Below are positions 12,961-23,135 of a stretch of 64,000 nucleotides of DNA, one piece after another. The DNA is from Strigamia acuminata (Eukaryota): the NCBI GenBank assembly GCA_949358305.1, contig OX442314.1, forward strand, positions 5,828,001 to 5,892,000. The letters are read 5' to 3'. The notes under the pieces are model-generated. The model was given only the letters and a program-made list of their open reading frames with translations, searched no databases and was not told the origin of the DNA. A program made the position numbers and the translations under genes. How positions within the stretch are numbered: the first letter of the stretch is position 1; each line of letters opens with the position of its first letter.

Positions 12961-13944
12961 GCTTGAAAAAGGGAGATGTGTAATTGGCTAATTGTATTTA
13001 CGTCATACGAACGTATGACGTATCCCGACATATATAAATTGTACTTGTACTTATAATAAATCACTTGTTAGTTAGACTTCACACTGACCTGTCATTCATT
13101 CGTCATTCCTGATAACACAAAGTGTAAAAATGCTTGCATGCAAACCAATTTATTTCAAAGTATTTACTGCAGGTACGGCAGAGATTTGACACATTTTAAG
13201 TTTGCAACTATTCATAAACATTTGCTTATTTCACACGCATTTAGATTTTTATATTCTGTTGTCATATCTCCAATAATGTTTTATTTTTGCTTTCCAGATT
13301 ACCCTACATGTCAGCATCAAATTTGCCAAATTGTAACACTACAAGCAATGTTACTACTGCTCATCAAATGTACTTAAATAACTACGACTCTAATCAAAAA
13401 CAGTGCAAATGTAAACAACCTTGTAAAAAAATATTTTACCAAACTATTTTGCATGGGAATAAGTTGCCAGTTAATTTCTATTCGTTTGCGAATTTTCGAT
13501 TAGTTGATAGTTTCATCGAGACCATGGAAGAGAAACAGAAATATCCAATGTCTCAATTCTTAAGCGATATCGGCAGCATTCTAGGATTGGGTTTGGGAAT
13601 GTCAGTACTATCTTTCTACATTTGCATTCTAAACAGTTTTAATTGGTTCAGAGTCTGTTTGATAAATTGTCGTTAATTTATGGAACTGTTTAAAACACCG
13701 CACAACTCATTTTCTTCATCCATCCTGCTGTCAATAATCAAATTTGCAAATCATCACAAAAAATCTTTTGTGATAAGTCAAATGTCTTTAATAACCACAG
13801 CACATCTCATGCCATCTCCAGCAGGGGCCACAATTAAAGTAGAAGTAGGAATTAGTGCATAAAACCTTAACCAGTGTGGTATTTCTAAATATGTCGTATA
13901 TAGAGACGGCACAACGTCGATCAGCACCTAGTGAAATTGTTTAT

Positions 13945-14450
13945 GGCTTGCAGTTGACTTCATCACGTTTATAAACGTTCGATTAGCTGATAGTTTCACC
14001 GACGCTATCGAAGAGAACGAAAAAAAATCCAATAGCTAAACTTAGGATTAACTTTGGAAATGTAATTATTATTGTTCTACATTTGCATTTTAAACACTTT
14101 CAATCGGTTCAGATTCTGTTTGGTAACTTGTGGCCACAGATTAGAGGAATACACCGTTTTCCTTCCGATCACGCGGAGAACAAAGGATTTTGGAGAAGTA
14201 TCGCATCTGTGTATTCCTCTAATCTGTGCTTGTGGCATTATTTAGAATTTTCAAATCACAATTTCACAATTACTCAATTTCAGACAATTTTTCCAAATTT
14301 TTCCAATTGCCATTTATATTTCGATTTGTGTTGTTGCAAAAACTATTTTGTGATGAGTCAAATGCCCTTTGAACCTCCAGCACATCTCTCAATCTAAACT
14401 CTACAGCAAAGGCCAAAATAATTGAAAAAAGTAGAAATTCATGTATCGTT
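13945..14450 (+). pseudogene. Decayed tandem duplicate of the last DEG/ENaC exon and its 3' UTR
   Basis: CGATTAGCTGATAGTTTCACCGAC... and TTCTACATTTGCATTTTAAAC... align by eye with 13465-13660, with indels. 14340-14447 repeats 13760-13860. Confidence 0.65.
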
Positions 14451-15623
14451 TAGACTTCCCTATATTATTTCATTGTACGATGTAATTGTAAGTTTAAACA
14501 TTAATAAATCAGCTTCGTTTTTGTGTTGTTTCATTGTGGTGTCAGCATCCGTTCTTTATCATTAATAAAAAACTAAAAACGTTTTTTTTTCTGCGAAGGA
14601 CAGGACATCTAAATCAGGTAAGCGGTTGTCGGGTCGTTTCTGCCATGCGGTTGCCAATTTTATATCGCCCACCAGACTACTTGTAAAAATAATTTAAAGC
14701 GTTGTAAAATTTATCTAACCTGCTTGTTGGTGTATTTTGTGCCAATGAATTAATTGCAATTGAGGGTTTGGTGGTCCCAAGTGATCTTGTGGGTTTTTGA
14801 GACAACATCACGGACAGGTGGGATTTCTGAGTATTGTTTTTCGGCCATTAGCGTCTACCTCGCACTTTTGATGACGTCAGATATCCAGAATTTGGCGTTT
14901 AATTCAATTTTAAAGTGATTTTAAGATCTGCAAGATAATGTGTCGTAACCTTGATTCCGGTAAATAAACTTACACAATATCTTACAATAATAACCTTTTA
15001 TTTCACACTTGTAATATAATACAAATATACTTAACAATGTTGTGGTCTCGGATCCTTGTCGGCGGATACGATTTGTTGCTGCACGGCAGTCTTACACGTG
15101 GTTTCTGTTGTCTAGGGTAATGGCGTCTGGCGAAACACGTGTTCGCAAACGCTTCGCTTCGGTAGATATTACTATCGTAGTATTGCTACGATAAATATCT
15201 GTGACTGTGATTTATAGATGAATTTGGCAACGGGCATCGATCCTCTATCAATCCGGTAAAACGGCCTGACGGTGAGGTGGTGATGCTAATGTTGCTCTGG
15301 TATCTATATCGTCTTGGTTTCCGGTCAGATACGGGTTTAAATAGTGGCTGGACCGGAAATGACGTATTTGCATAAATTCGGGGAATTATGCAAATCTATG
15401 ACGTTGTCACGTCAGTCCCGCAGAAACGGTAAAACTAGTATAGCTAGTTTTCCCGCAATAATCTGACAATCATTTTACTATCAATATTAAAATTACTATT
15501 TATTAAGTTATGATTAATTAAAACACTTTTGTGACCTCGTGGTCACCACACGTCCCCTCCTCAGCAATGTTGTTGGGGGATTTACAATAAAACAACAAAC
15601 ATTGCGAAAACTCAAAGTTAGAT

Positions 15624-18194
15624 TTAGTTCGCTTCCTTTTCAGATGATCCCTGAGGAACGTCCGGAGGCGGAGGTGGAGGTAATTCTTCGGTTACAGGTG
15701 GTTTAGCCATCTCCGGAGTTGCTGGAGTCGTTGGTTCGGCGATCGGCAAAATCGAGGTGAGACGTGATGAACGATCGCTCGGGTCTTCAAACTCCCCGAT
15801 GAAGTATCGATCGTGGCCGCCAACTGGTTCGTAGGGGGCGCCGACTCGTTCATGTACCCAGATACGCGAGAGGAAGGGGGCCAGGCCTTGATTGGTATGG
15901 TGGATCTTCTGGGCTTCGGCCGGATTCTTCGGGGCGCGGTGTGCACGCAGCAGACGTTGGTGCTGAATGAAATCGACGCCTGGACCTGCCTCTAGAGTTC
16001 GCTCCATCCATAAGTAGAGCGAGTGGCCGTGGTCGCTCGATCGCTTGATCTGGTTCTTCGTCTTCTGGGTCATCGTCAAACTCGGGTAGTAGTGTTTGAG
16101 TTGTGCGTCGATCGGAGGCAAAGGTTTCGGCTCTAATTTTCTCTTGGGCCGCAGGATCTTTGGTTTTGTCTTCGTCTTCCGGACGACTACTTTCACGCCT
16201 TCGATCGGAACCAGTCCTTCGGGGAACTTTATCGTCTCCTCTGGAGTGACTGCTGGGACTGTCTGGCTCGCCGGAGTCTCAGGAAGGGGTTTGTTGGTTA
16301 GTACGACCGGTTCGCTTTGTGGTACAGCCACAGCTCGGACTACCTGGTATGATCGTTCTGGGTCGGCATCTTCTGCAATTAATTGCGCGCGGACCTGGAT
16401 ACAGGAAGGAACCAATTTTAGCCATCGCTCGACGAGAGCGGGAGGCAGCTGAAAACTTTCATGTGCGACGACCGCCCAGGCTGCCAGTGCCACACGGGCG
16501 TTTCTAAACGTAGATGCGGCCAGCACTAGCGACATCATGTCGGTGATTACGACTGTCGTTCGTGCCATTCGTGACGGGTGATCTCGTCCAGGGCTGTTGG
16601 TGAACTCGATGGCCGCGCTTCGGATATTCGTCACGGCGATCTGCATCGTTCTGGCTTGGTAGTCATCGATGTCGGACACCATCTCTTTTGCTTGCTCGAT
16701 CGTGGTTGTATCGAGGAACGACTGTAATTCACACGATGTTGGATCAAACTGGGTTGTGGCTCGAGTGTCCGAAGATCTGTTATTGGGGGGTGGTCTTGAA
16801 GGCGTTTGATTGCTTTCGTCGACTCTAACTACGGTATCTTGTCTTGAGTTAATTAAAACTCGTTGAACATCGGGTTCGGGCTCATCCCAAACAATCGGTG
16901 TTCTCAACGTAGAAGTCTCGCTTCGCGTTTCTTCCGGTACGGCTGGGAAAATTGGTCCAAAACGATCTTGTCGTCGTTTGAGTTGTTCCAAGGGACTCAG
17001 CGATGTCGGGGCTCCGATGACCACAGTTTTTCGGAATGCGCTGGGCAGACTAGAAGGCACGCTGGTGGCTGGCTTTGTCGGTGTTTTGATGAACACACTT
17101 GGCACCGAAGTTATGCTCATTTCGATCGATTTAGTCGGCCGGTAGACAGGCTTCGATTGTTCATTTTTGGCCTTCAGGACTGCTGCTACCATGTCGGCTT
17201 CGGTATATTTTCTCTCTTGTTCCGGTACGATCATCGGCTCTGCCGATTGTTCGTGTTCGATCGTTAATGGCACTTCTTGTCGAACTTCCACTTGCAAAGT
17301 CTCTACCTCATCGACTTCACGTGATCTCTCAAAGCGTCCCCATGTTTCTGCTCGTGGCCTTGATAACCTGAGGCATCCGCGTTGGTTCGGTCGATTTCTG
17401 GAGTAGCGGTATGTCTCGACCTCCCGTGGCTTCTCGACTCTGGGCTCTCGTCGCGGCGAGGGTTCTCGAGCGTGTCGGTAATAAACTCGAGGATGAGACT
17501 GCGATCGATCGTGCGTGTTGTACGACGTGCTTGGCTGATCCAGGCGTCGTCGCTTGTTGTCGTGTGTGTGATTTAATAATTCGCTCGAGAGTCGCTTCTC
17601 CGCTTTCTGTCGCTTGCGCCCAAAGATGCCCAGGTAGTGGAGCTGGTGCATTGCTTTCTGTGAGGTAATAAATCCGTGTTCGGGCCGCCAGTTGGGAACG
17701 TCTGGTCTTTCTCCTCGAACCTGGCTTAACCAAGTTTTTATCTCATCTGTCGAATACCCTGCTGGTTTCAGTATTTTGAAGAGATCTCGATACGCCGTCC
17801 GTCTGACTTCGTTGTAATAGTCTCTGTGTATTTGTCGGCGCTCTTCGTCTGTAGCGGCGTTTTGCCACCTCTCGAGGACAGCCCACTCTTCGGGCTCGCT
17901 TGGATAGTCCTTTTCCAAAAACTTGTTTGGGAGTGGTGCTGGTGCGTCGTCGCGTTCTGGAATTTCAGTCCTCAGTGCGTCGCGCATCTTTTCTGGGAAG
18001 TAGTGTATCAGGGTCTCCTGACTTGCCCAAAATCGCGATCGGGCTCGGGATGAAGTGAGCCGAATTTTCCATGGTCCGGTGTCGACGTCGTCCTCTAACG
18101 CTCTTCGAAATGGGGTCGGAATTTCGCTTCTCCAGAGTGTACCCGAAGACACGTTTTGTGGATCGATGGGTCCCCACGTAAGTTGGTGTTCCGG
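15624..18194 (-). CDS. Gypsy-B ORF3, ~850 aa, unknown function (not env-like), probably expressed by splicing
   Basis: Long open frame between pol and the 3' LTR with no ATG at its 5' end. CTAAT...TTCCTCAG acceptor at 18195-18220 is in phase 0. Basic NLS-like patches; no signal peptide or TM anchor seen. Confidence 0.8.
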   Translation of the reverse strand, partial: PEHQLTWGPIDPQNVSSGTLWRSEIPTPFRRALEDDVDTGPWKIRLTSSRARSRFWASQETLIHYFPEKMRDALRTEIPERDDAPAPLPNKFLEKDYPSEPEEWAVLERWQNAATDEERRQIHRDYYNEVRRTAYRDLFKILKPAGYSTDEIKTWLSQVRGERPDVPNWRPEHGFITSQKAMHQLHYLGIFGRKRQKAEKRLSSELLNHTHDNKRRRLDQPSTSYNTHDRSQSHPRVYYRHAREPSPRREPRVEKPREVETYRYSRNRPNQRGCLRLSRPRAETWGRFERSREVDEVETLQVEVRQEVPLTIEHEQSAEPMIVPEQERKYTEADMVAAVLKAKNEQSKPVYRPTKSIEMSITSVPSVFIKTPTKPATSVPSSLPSAFRKTVVIGAPTSLSPLEQLKRRQDRFGPIFPAVPEETRSETSTLRTPIVWDEPEPDVQRVLINSRQDTVVRVDESNQTPSRPPPNNRSSDTRATTQFDPTSCELQSFLDTTTIEQAKEMVSDIDDYQARTMQIAVTNIRSAAIEFTNSPGRDHPSRMARTTVVITDMMSLVLAASTFRNARVALAAWAVVAHESFQLPPALVERWLKLVPSCIQVRAQLIAEDADPERSYQVVRAVAVPQSEPVVLTNKPLPETPASQTVPAVTPEETIKFPEGLVPIEGVKVVVRKTKTKPKILRPKRKLEPKPLPPIDAQLKHYYPSLTMTQKTKNQIKRSSDHGHSLYLWMERTLEAGPGVDFIQHQRLLRAHRAPKNPAEAQKIHHTNQGLAPFLSRIWVHERVGAPYEPVGGHDRYFIGEFEDPSDRSSRLTSILPIAEPTTPATPEMAKPPVTEELPPPPPPDVPQGSSEKEAN

Positions 18195-18800
18195 CTGAGG
18201 AATGAATACATAAAAATTAGATTTTTGTTAAATTCCGAATTTGGATTCAAGATGGCGCCATGGTCGACCATGTGCTTTTTACACGTGTTGAATTTTAAAT
18301 AATGGCTCGTGTCATTTTTCGTTTGTTGACATAAAGATGTTTTCTTTTATGAATCTTGTTTCACGTATTTTCGTGGTTTAGCCACAAATTAAATTCTTTG
18401 TTATTTTTACCTTTTCGTTTCCATCGGGCTTTTCCCGATTTTCTTCCGGTTCAACCTCGTCCCATCTTGCGGGATCGTTCCATTCGTCTTCGCTTGGGTC
18501 CCGATCCATTTCTTCCTCTTCGTTGTCGGGTGATTGCTTCCAGTTTCTTCGCATTTTTGATTCGATTTGTTGGTTGCGATTTTTGTCAAGCACCTGTTGT
18601 CGTCGTGACAGAACGCGGAGTGCAAAGTTGAAAGGGTAGTCGAGGTTAAGTATCTTGATTGGCTTTCGTATGTAATACGTAGTTGATTGTTGGAGTCTCC
18701 TTGTGATTGTTTTTGTCCCTAGGAGGTCGGGGTAATTACGTCATATTGTTTTATCGCTTTTGATTGGTTATGCCAACCATTTTGGATTTTTCTTGCTTTA

Positions 18801-21800
18801 TCATGTCCTCCCGGTGATTTTACCGTCCTTTATAAACGGGTTTGGTGCCTTTTTTCTTGTACTTTGTCGTGTTATAGGTTTCGGTATTTTACTTCTCGAT
18901 CGTGTGGATCTTTTAGTAATCTCTTTTTCTTTTTCAGGAGTTTTAGGAGTTTCTTCGTTAACTGCTGCTTCCTCCCCTCCTAAATTTCCATCTGGGGCGC
19001 TAGTTAGTTCGGCGCTGTCTGGAGTTGCGTGAGTCGTATTTTCGTTCAAGTCTGAAACAGTGGCGATGTCGTCGAACATATCTCGTATTGTGGGCGATGG
19101 AGATGGCTGCGTTTGGTCCTCGGCCCATTCTTCTTGTGGAAATTCCGGCAAGTAAGGCGTCAGTTCTCGAGCGTGGATTGATCGAAAATTTACATTATCG
19201 GCCAAACGTTGCAGAGAAAATGCGTTCCCGCCGTGGGCCTTGGTAATTACGTATGGGCCGTCTCGTTTGTCGGCTAAGCCGGCATGAATCCCTTTATCTG
19301 CACTGGATAAAATGTGAGTGTCCTTCCATACGAGATCGTTGATTTTGAAATTACAAAATTGTGTGTTCTTTTCAGACTTTTTCACTCGTTCGCGCATGTC
19401 AAACACATGTGACATCATATGTTGGTAGGTTGCCGAAATTGCTTGTTCTAATTGATGTACGTAAATGTGAGGATTTTTTGGATCGACTTTTCGAATTCCT
19501 TCTGGGATGCGTGGATCCCAGGGCACTCGTAGCTCTCGAGCGAAGTTGAGATAAGCCGGGGAAAAGCCGCGGTTTCTCGAAATGGTCGTTCGGATGCTAA
19601 ATGCTATTTCTTTAAGGAACTCGTCCCACTTGGAATGTACGTCTGTGAAAATAGCAAGCGCATATTTTATGTCGCGGTTGAGTCGCTCCACGGGATTAGC
19701 CCGTGGGTTATACGTTGAAGTAAATGATGGTTGAATGTCGAATTGATTGCAGAAATCCTTGTATAACCTTGATGCGAATTGTGGGCCATTATCGGAAATT
19801 AATTTTCGCGGGAAGCCAAAATGTAACGCGACTTCGTAGAGGCACTGGATTATTTTCTGCTTAGTCGGGTGGGCCATCGGATACAACTCTGGCCATCCTG
19901 TTGCGACATCCATGATCACGAGTATGTATTTGTGGCTATTTGCACTTGTTATCTTAGGACCCATAAGGTCTACGCTCCAACAATCAAAAGGGGCGAACGG
20001 TCCAAGTGATAAATTCTCGTAGTTAGCCTTATTCCGAGGCTTGCAGGCTTGGCATCGTGGACAGTGTCGTATGAATCGTATGATGTCCCTTCTCATTTCG
20101 GGCCAATAGTACAGTTGACTGGCCCGGTAGAGAGTCCTTGCCACGCCGGCGTGTCCGGCTAGAGGGTGGCCGTGTACCATCCACAGAATTTGTGTTCGAA
20201 CTTTTCTCGGAATTACGACTTTAATTGAACTCCCTGACTCTGTCAAGTCGTCCCGAAAGTTCGGATGGTACTTTAAAAGTAGGCCATCGTCTATCAGATA
20301 AGCGGAAGCCTTAATTTTGAACTCTTCTCTGGATTCTTTGCTGTAGACGTCGCCAGGGAAAGTCTCGTTGGTCAAGTAGTCATAGAACCTTTTACAGAAG
20401 GCGGTGTCGTTCTTCTGAGCTTCGACGAGTTCCTCGCGAGTAGGTGGGACACAGTTCGTGCCTTTACTCACGTGTGTAACGAAAGCTCGCACAAATTTAT
20501 CCGAGACTCTGGGTTCGATGGATAAGTCGTAATTTGGTCTGGCATCTTTTGCCGATTGATATGCCCTCATCCAATATCCGACGTATTTTTCATCGGAAGA
20601 TTCCAACTTTTCTTTCGGCAGTTCATTCTGTTTTCTGAATTCCCACTTCCTGATCGGGGTGGGACAGTAAGCTATCCGAGAATCGTCGTCGCCGTCGTCG
20701 TCTGGCTCGTCGGGTTCTGAGGCGGGAGCTCTAGAGAGCGCGTCGGCGACTGTGTTATACTTCCCTGGCTTGTACTCGATTTGTAAGTCGTAAGCCATGA
20801 GCTCTAATTGCCATCGAGCCATCCGGCCCGAAGGTTCTTTCAGGCCCATGAACCACCTTAATGCCTGATGGTCGGTCTGGACGGTAAATTTTGTAAACTC
20901 GAGGTAAGGCCTGAATTTACGAACTGCCCATACGATTGCCAAGCATTCGAGCTCTGTCGCTGAGTAATTTTTCTCGGCGGCTTGAATTTTCCGGCTGATA
21001 AAGATCGTGGGTACTTCTTGATGTATGCCGTCGATTTCGTGCATTTGCATCAACGCAGCCCCCAATCCGATTTTACTCGCATCCGTATGTAAGATAAATT
21101 CGCGATTCAAGTCGGGGAGAGGGATGGTTTTGGTGTCGATTAGCATTTGTTTGATTTTGTCAAACGCTGCTTCGCAATGGCTGGTCCAGTTAAATTTGAT
21201 TTCGGGGTCTTTCGGCGGGTCCTCCTTTGGATTTATTTTCTGGACAGTCTTTAAAAGATCGGTGATTGGGGCCGCGACTTCCGCTAAATGTGGTAGGAGT
21301 CGGCCGAAGAAATTTACCATTCCTAAAAAACGTTGTACTCCTTTCACGTCCGTAGGAGCCGGAAAATTGGTGATTGCTCGTACTTTCTTTGGGTCTATGG
21401 ATAAGCCATTGACTCCAACTTTGTATCCAAGAAACGCAAGTTCTTTTCGGCAAAACTGGCTCTTTCCGGGGTGTATGTGGAGTCCGGCTTCTGCTAAACG
21501 ACGTATTACTTCGTCGATATGTCTGATGTGTTCGTCAAAAGTCTGGGAGACAATAATAATATCGTCCAGATACGCCCAGGCGTATTTATGTAGCGCGTCG
21601 CCCAAAACTTTTTCGATTAAACGTTGAAATGTTGCCGGGGCATTTACTAGGCCAAATGGCATGACATTAAACATTAACCTGCCCATCGGGGACCAGAAAG
21701 CGGTTTTTTCTTTGTCTTCGGCACGGAGTTCGACCTGCCAATATCCTTTCGACAGATCCATCGTTGTTACCCAATTAAATGGGGCTAATTCTCGAAGAAT

Positions 21801-23135
21801 GGCTTCGATTGATGGCATCTGGACGGGGTCAATAACGGTAATGGCGTTTAGAGGTCGATAATCGATGCACAGTCTGGGTTCCGATCCTGCACGCATGACG
21901 AGCACGATTCTCATCGCATATTCTCCTAATGCCTCGGACACTATCCCCTTGTCCAGTAAGTCTTGACAGATCGTCTTGACGATTTCGCGTTTTTGGGGGT
22001 TCATGCCCTTGAATGGAACTCGTACTGGCTTATCCGTACTTAATTCTATTTCGTGTTTTACGTAATTTGTCTTTCCCGGTTCTTTAGTCAGGATTTTTCG
22101 ATGTTTTTGTAGCATTTCTTCAAGTAATTTAGTCTGGGTTTCTCCTAGGTTCGCGTCCATGGCCAAATTGTGAGCCAAATTTCCTTCTTGGAGTCGGGCG
22201 TTAAAAGATTTGAAATCGTAATCTTGTACGAATTGCTTCAAATTTCCGCCTTTCCATTCGTCCTCTTCGTCGTTCGAATCTAGGAGTTCGGTAGGTACTG
22301 TCATTAGTCGGGGGTCCTCGCGTTTATCGATATAGTTCCAGGACCTCGTTATGGGGTTGGGCTGGATCTCCATTATGGCCATGATGTCCATACCCAAGAG
22401 TAGGACCGTGTCGTAGGTTGGTAAAACGATGAAAGGATGGGTTATTACGCCTCCCTCCCATATGACTTTTGTTGTCAGTACCCCTACTGGACGCACTTCT
22501 CCAGCAGCGGTTTTTACGGCCACATTTTCGCTTATTCCCCGTAGTTTGTCGCGTTGTTTTTTGTCCAACGACTCGTATAGATCTGAAGAGATAAAGGACC
22601 GGTCGGCTCCCGAATCCAACAAACCGATGAATTTTTTGTCGTTAAACTTGATTGTTAACATTGCGAGTGAGTCCTTCCGCTCTTTAGCCAAATTACAATG
22701 TAAAATGCGTTTCTTTCGAGGTGGGGCCTCCTCGTAGGCGTGAGGTAATTCTTGGAATGTTTCGGCTATTTTTTCGCCGTCCGCCGTATTAGTGGTTGGG
22801 CCACTATATTCGCGTTTTTCTGTGGTGAAGTAAGCCGTAGTGAAATAAACGACCTTTTTCTGTAATTCTTTTATTTGTTTTTCTAACCAATTGGTGTTTA
22901 TCCATTTGGCTTTTAATTCGTCTTCCGAACTTGAGTCGCTAATTTCTTTATTATTCGTTTCAATTTCTTTCGATTTTTTTTCTTTTAATTCGAGTTTTAA
23001 TTTGACTACTTCTTCCGTAATTACTTCGTTAATTGCCTGGTTAATTGTCGTATTCGTGGTAAATTTTGGGGTTTGGTCTTCCGGGCGTGCAGACAGATTT
23101 ATTATTTTTTCTCTGTCTGCTTTAACCAGTTTTTT
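18801..23135 (-). CDS. pol: Gypsy-B pol (PR-RT-RNaseH-IN), reached by -1 frameshift
   Basis: LLDSGAD, RLCIDY, YLDD, TDAS, TDHQAL, HGHPLAGH..C..C, SDNG, NPVER. Uninterrupted 1475-aa frame. Confidence 0.95.
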   Translation of the reverse strand, partial: KKLVKADREKIINLSARPEDQTPKFTTNTTINQAINEVITEEVVKLKLELKEKKSKEIETNNKEISDSSSEDELKAKWINTNWLEKQIKELQKKVVYFTTAYFTTEKREYSGPTTNTADGEKIAETFQELPHAYEEAPPRKKRILHCNLAKERKDSLAMLTIKFNDKKFIGLLDSGADRSFISSDLYESLDKKQRDKLRGISENVAVKTAAGEVRPVGVLTTKVIWEGGVITHPFIVLPTYDTVLLLGMDIMAIMEIQPNPITRSWNYIDKREDPRLMTVPTELLDSNDEEDEWKGGNLKQFVQDYDFKSFNARLQEGNLAHNLAMDANLGETQTKLLEEMLQKHRKILTKEPGKTNYVKHEIELSTDKPVRVPFKGMNPQKREIVKTICQDLLDKGIVSEALGEYAMRIVLVMRAGSEPRLCIDYRPLNAITVIDPVQMPSIEAILRELAPFNWVTTMDLSKGYWQVELRAEDKEKTAFWSPMGRLMFNVMPFGLVNAPATFQRLIEKVLGDALHKYAWAYLDDIIIVSQTFDEHIRHIDEVIRRLAEAGLHIHPGKSQFCRKELAFLGYKVGVNGLSIDPKKVRAITNFPAPTDVKGVQRFLGMVNFFGRLLPHLAEVAAPITDLLKTVQKINPKEDPPKDPEIKFNWTSHCEAAFDKIKQMLIDTKTIPLPDLNREFILHTDASKIGLGAALMQMHEIDGIHQEVPTIFISRKIQAAEKNYSATELECLAIVWAVRKFRPYLEFTKFTVQTDHQALRWFMGLKEPSGRMARWQLELMAYDLQIEYKPGKYNTVADALSRAPASEPDEPDDDGDDDSRIAYCPTPIRKWEFRKQNELPKEKLESSDEKYVGYWMRAYQSAKDARPNYDLSIEPRVSDKFVRAFVTHVSKGTNCVPPTREELVEAQKNDTAFCKRFYDYLTNETFPGDVYSKESREEFKIKASAYLIDDGLLLKYHPNFRDDLTESGSSIKVVIPRKVRTQILWMVHGHPLAGHAGVARTLYRASQLYYWPEMRRDIIRFIRHCPRCQACKPRNKANYENLSLGPFAPFDCWSVDLMGPKITSANSHKYILVIMDVATGWPELYPMAHPTKQKIIQCLYEVALHFGFPRKLISDNGPQFASRLYKDFCNQFDIQPSFTSTYNPRANPVERLNRDIKYALAIFTDVHSKWDEFLKEIAFSIRTTISRNRGFSPAYLNFARELRVPWDPRIPEGIRKVDPKNPHIYVHQLEQAISATYQHMMSHVFDMRERVKKSEKNTQFCNFKINDLVWKDTHILSSADKGIHAGLADKRDGPYVITKAHGGNAFSLQRLADNVNFRSIHARELTPYLPEFPQEEWAEDQTQPSPSPTIRDMFDDIATVSDLNENTTHATPDSAELTSAPDGNLGGEEAAVNEETPKTPEKEKEITKRSTRSRSKIPKPITRQSTRKKAPNPFIKDGKITGRT

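Larger units (their letters stand above)
201..13119 (+). mobile_element. Gypsy-A: Ty3/Gypsy LTR retrotransposon (Mag-like, short LTRs), inactivated, host of two nested insertions
   Basis: TG...CA LTRs of 143 bp (5' LTR split into 201-227 + 1983-2098; 3' LTR 12977-13119). TSD AAGTG at 196-200 and 13120-13124. PBS TGGTGGCAGCGGT (tRNA-Leu-like) at 2099. PPT AAAAAGGGAGA before 12977. Domain order gag-PR-RT-RH-IN. Confidence 0.95.
1..13676 (+). pseudogene. DEG/ENaC (pickpocket/ASIC-like) channel, 3' part, disrupted by Gypsy-A inserted in an exon
   Basis: Exons <1-64, 139-200 joined to 13125-13172, and 13298-13676, with GT-AG introns. They translate to ...TLRIFK|IVRRNTKRNPCEENKTAYFKCKNACMQTNLFQSIYCR|LPYM...CKCKQPC...QFLSDIGSILGLGLGMS (Cys-rich thumb, TM2 with GxS filter). 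Close paralog of 27912-28700, which shows the empty site TTCAAGTGTAAT. Confidence 0.85.

Noticed and set aside
15624..18152. env gene / endogenous errantivirus call for Gypsy-B ORF3 (and 41166-42776 in Gypsy-C)
   Set aside because: No signal peptide, C-terminal TM helix or furin-plus-fusion-peptide pattern seen; only the position is env-like.
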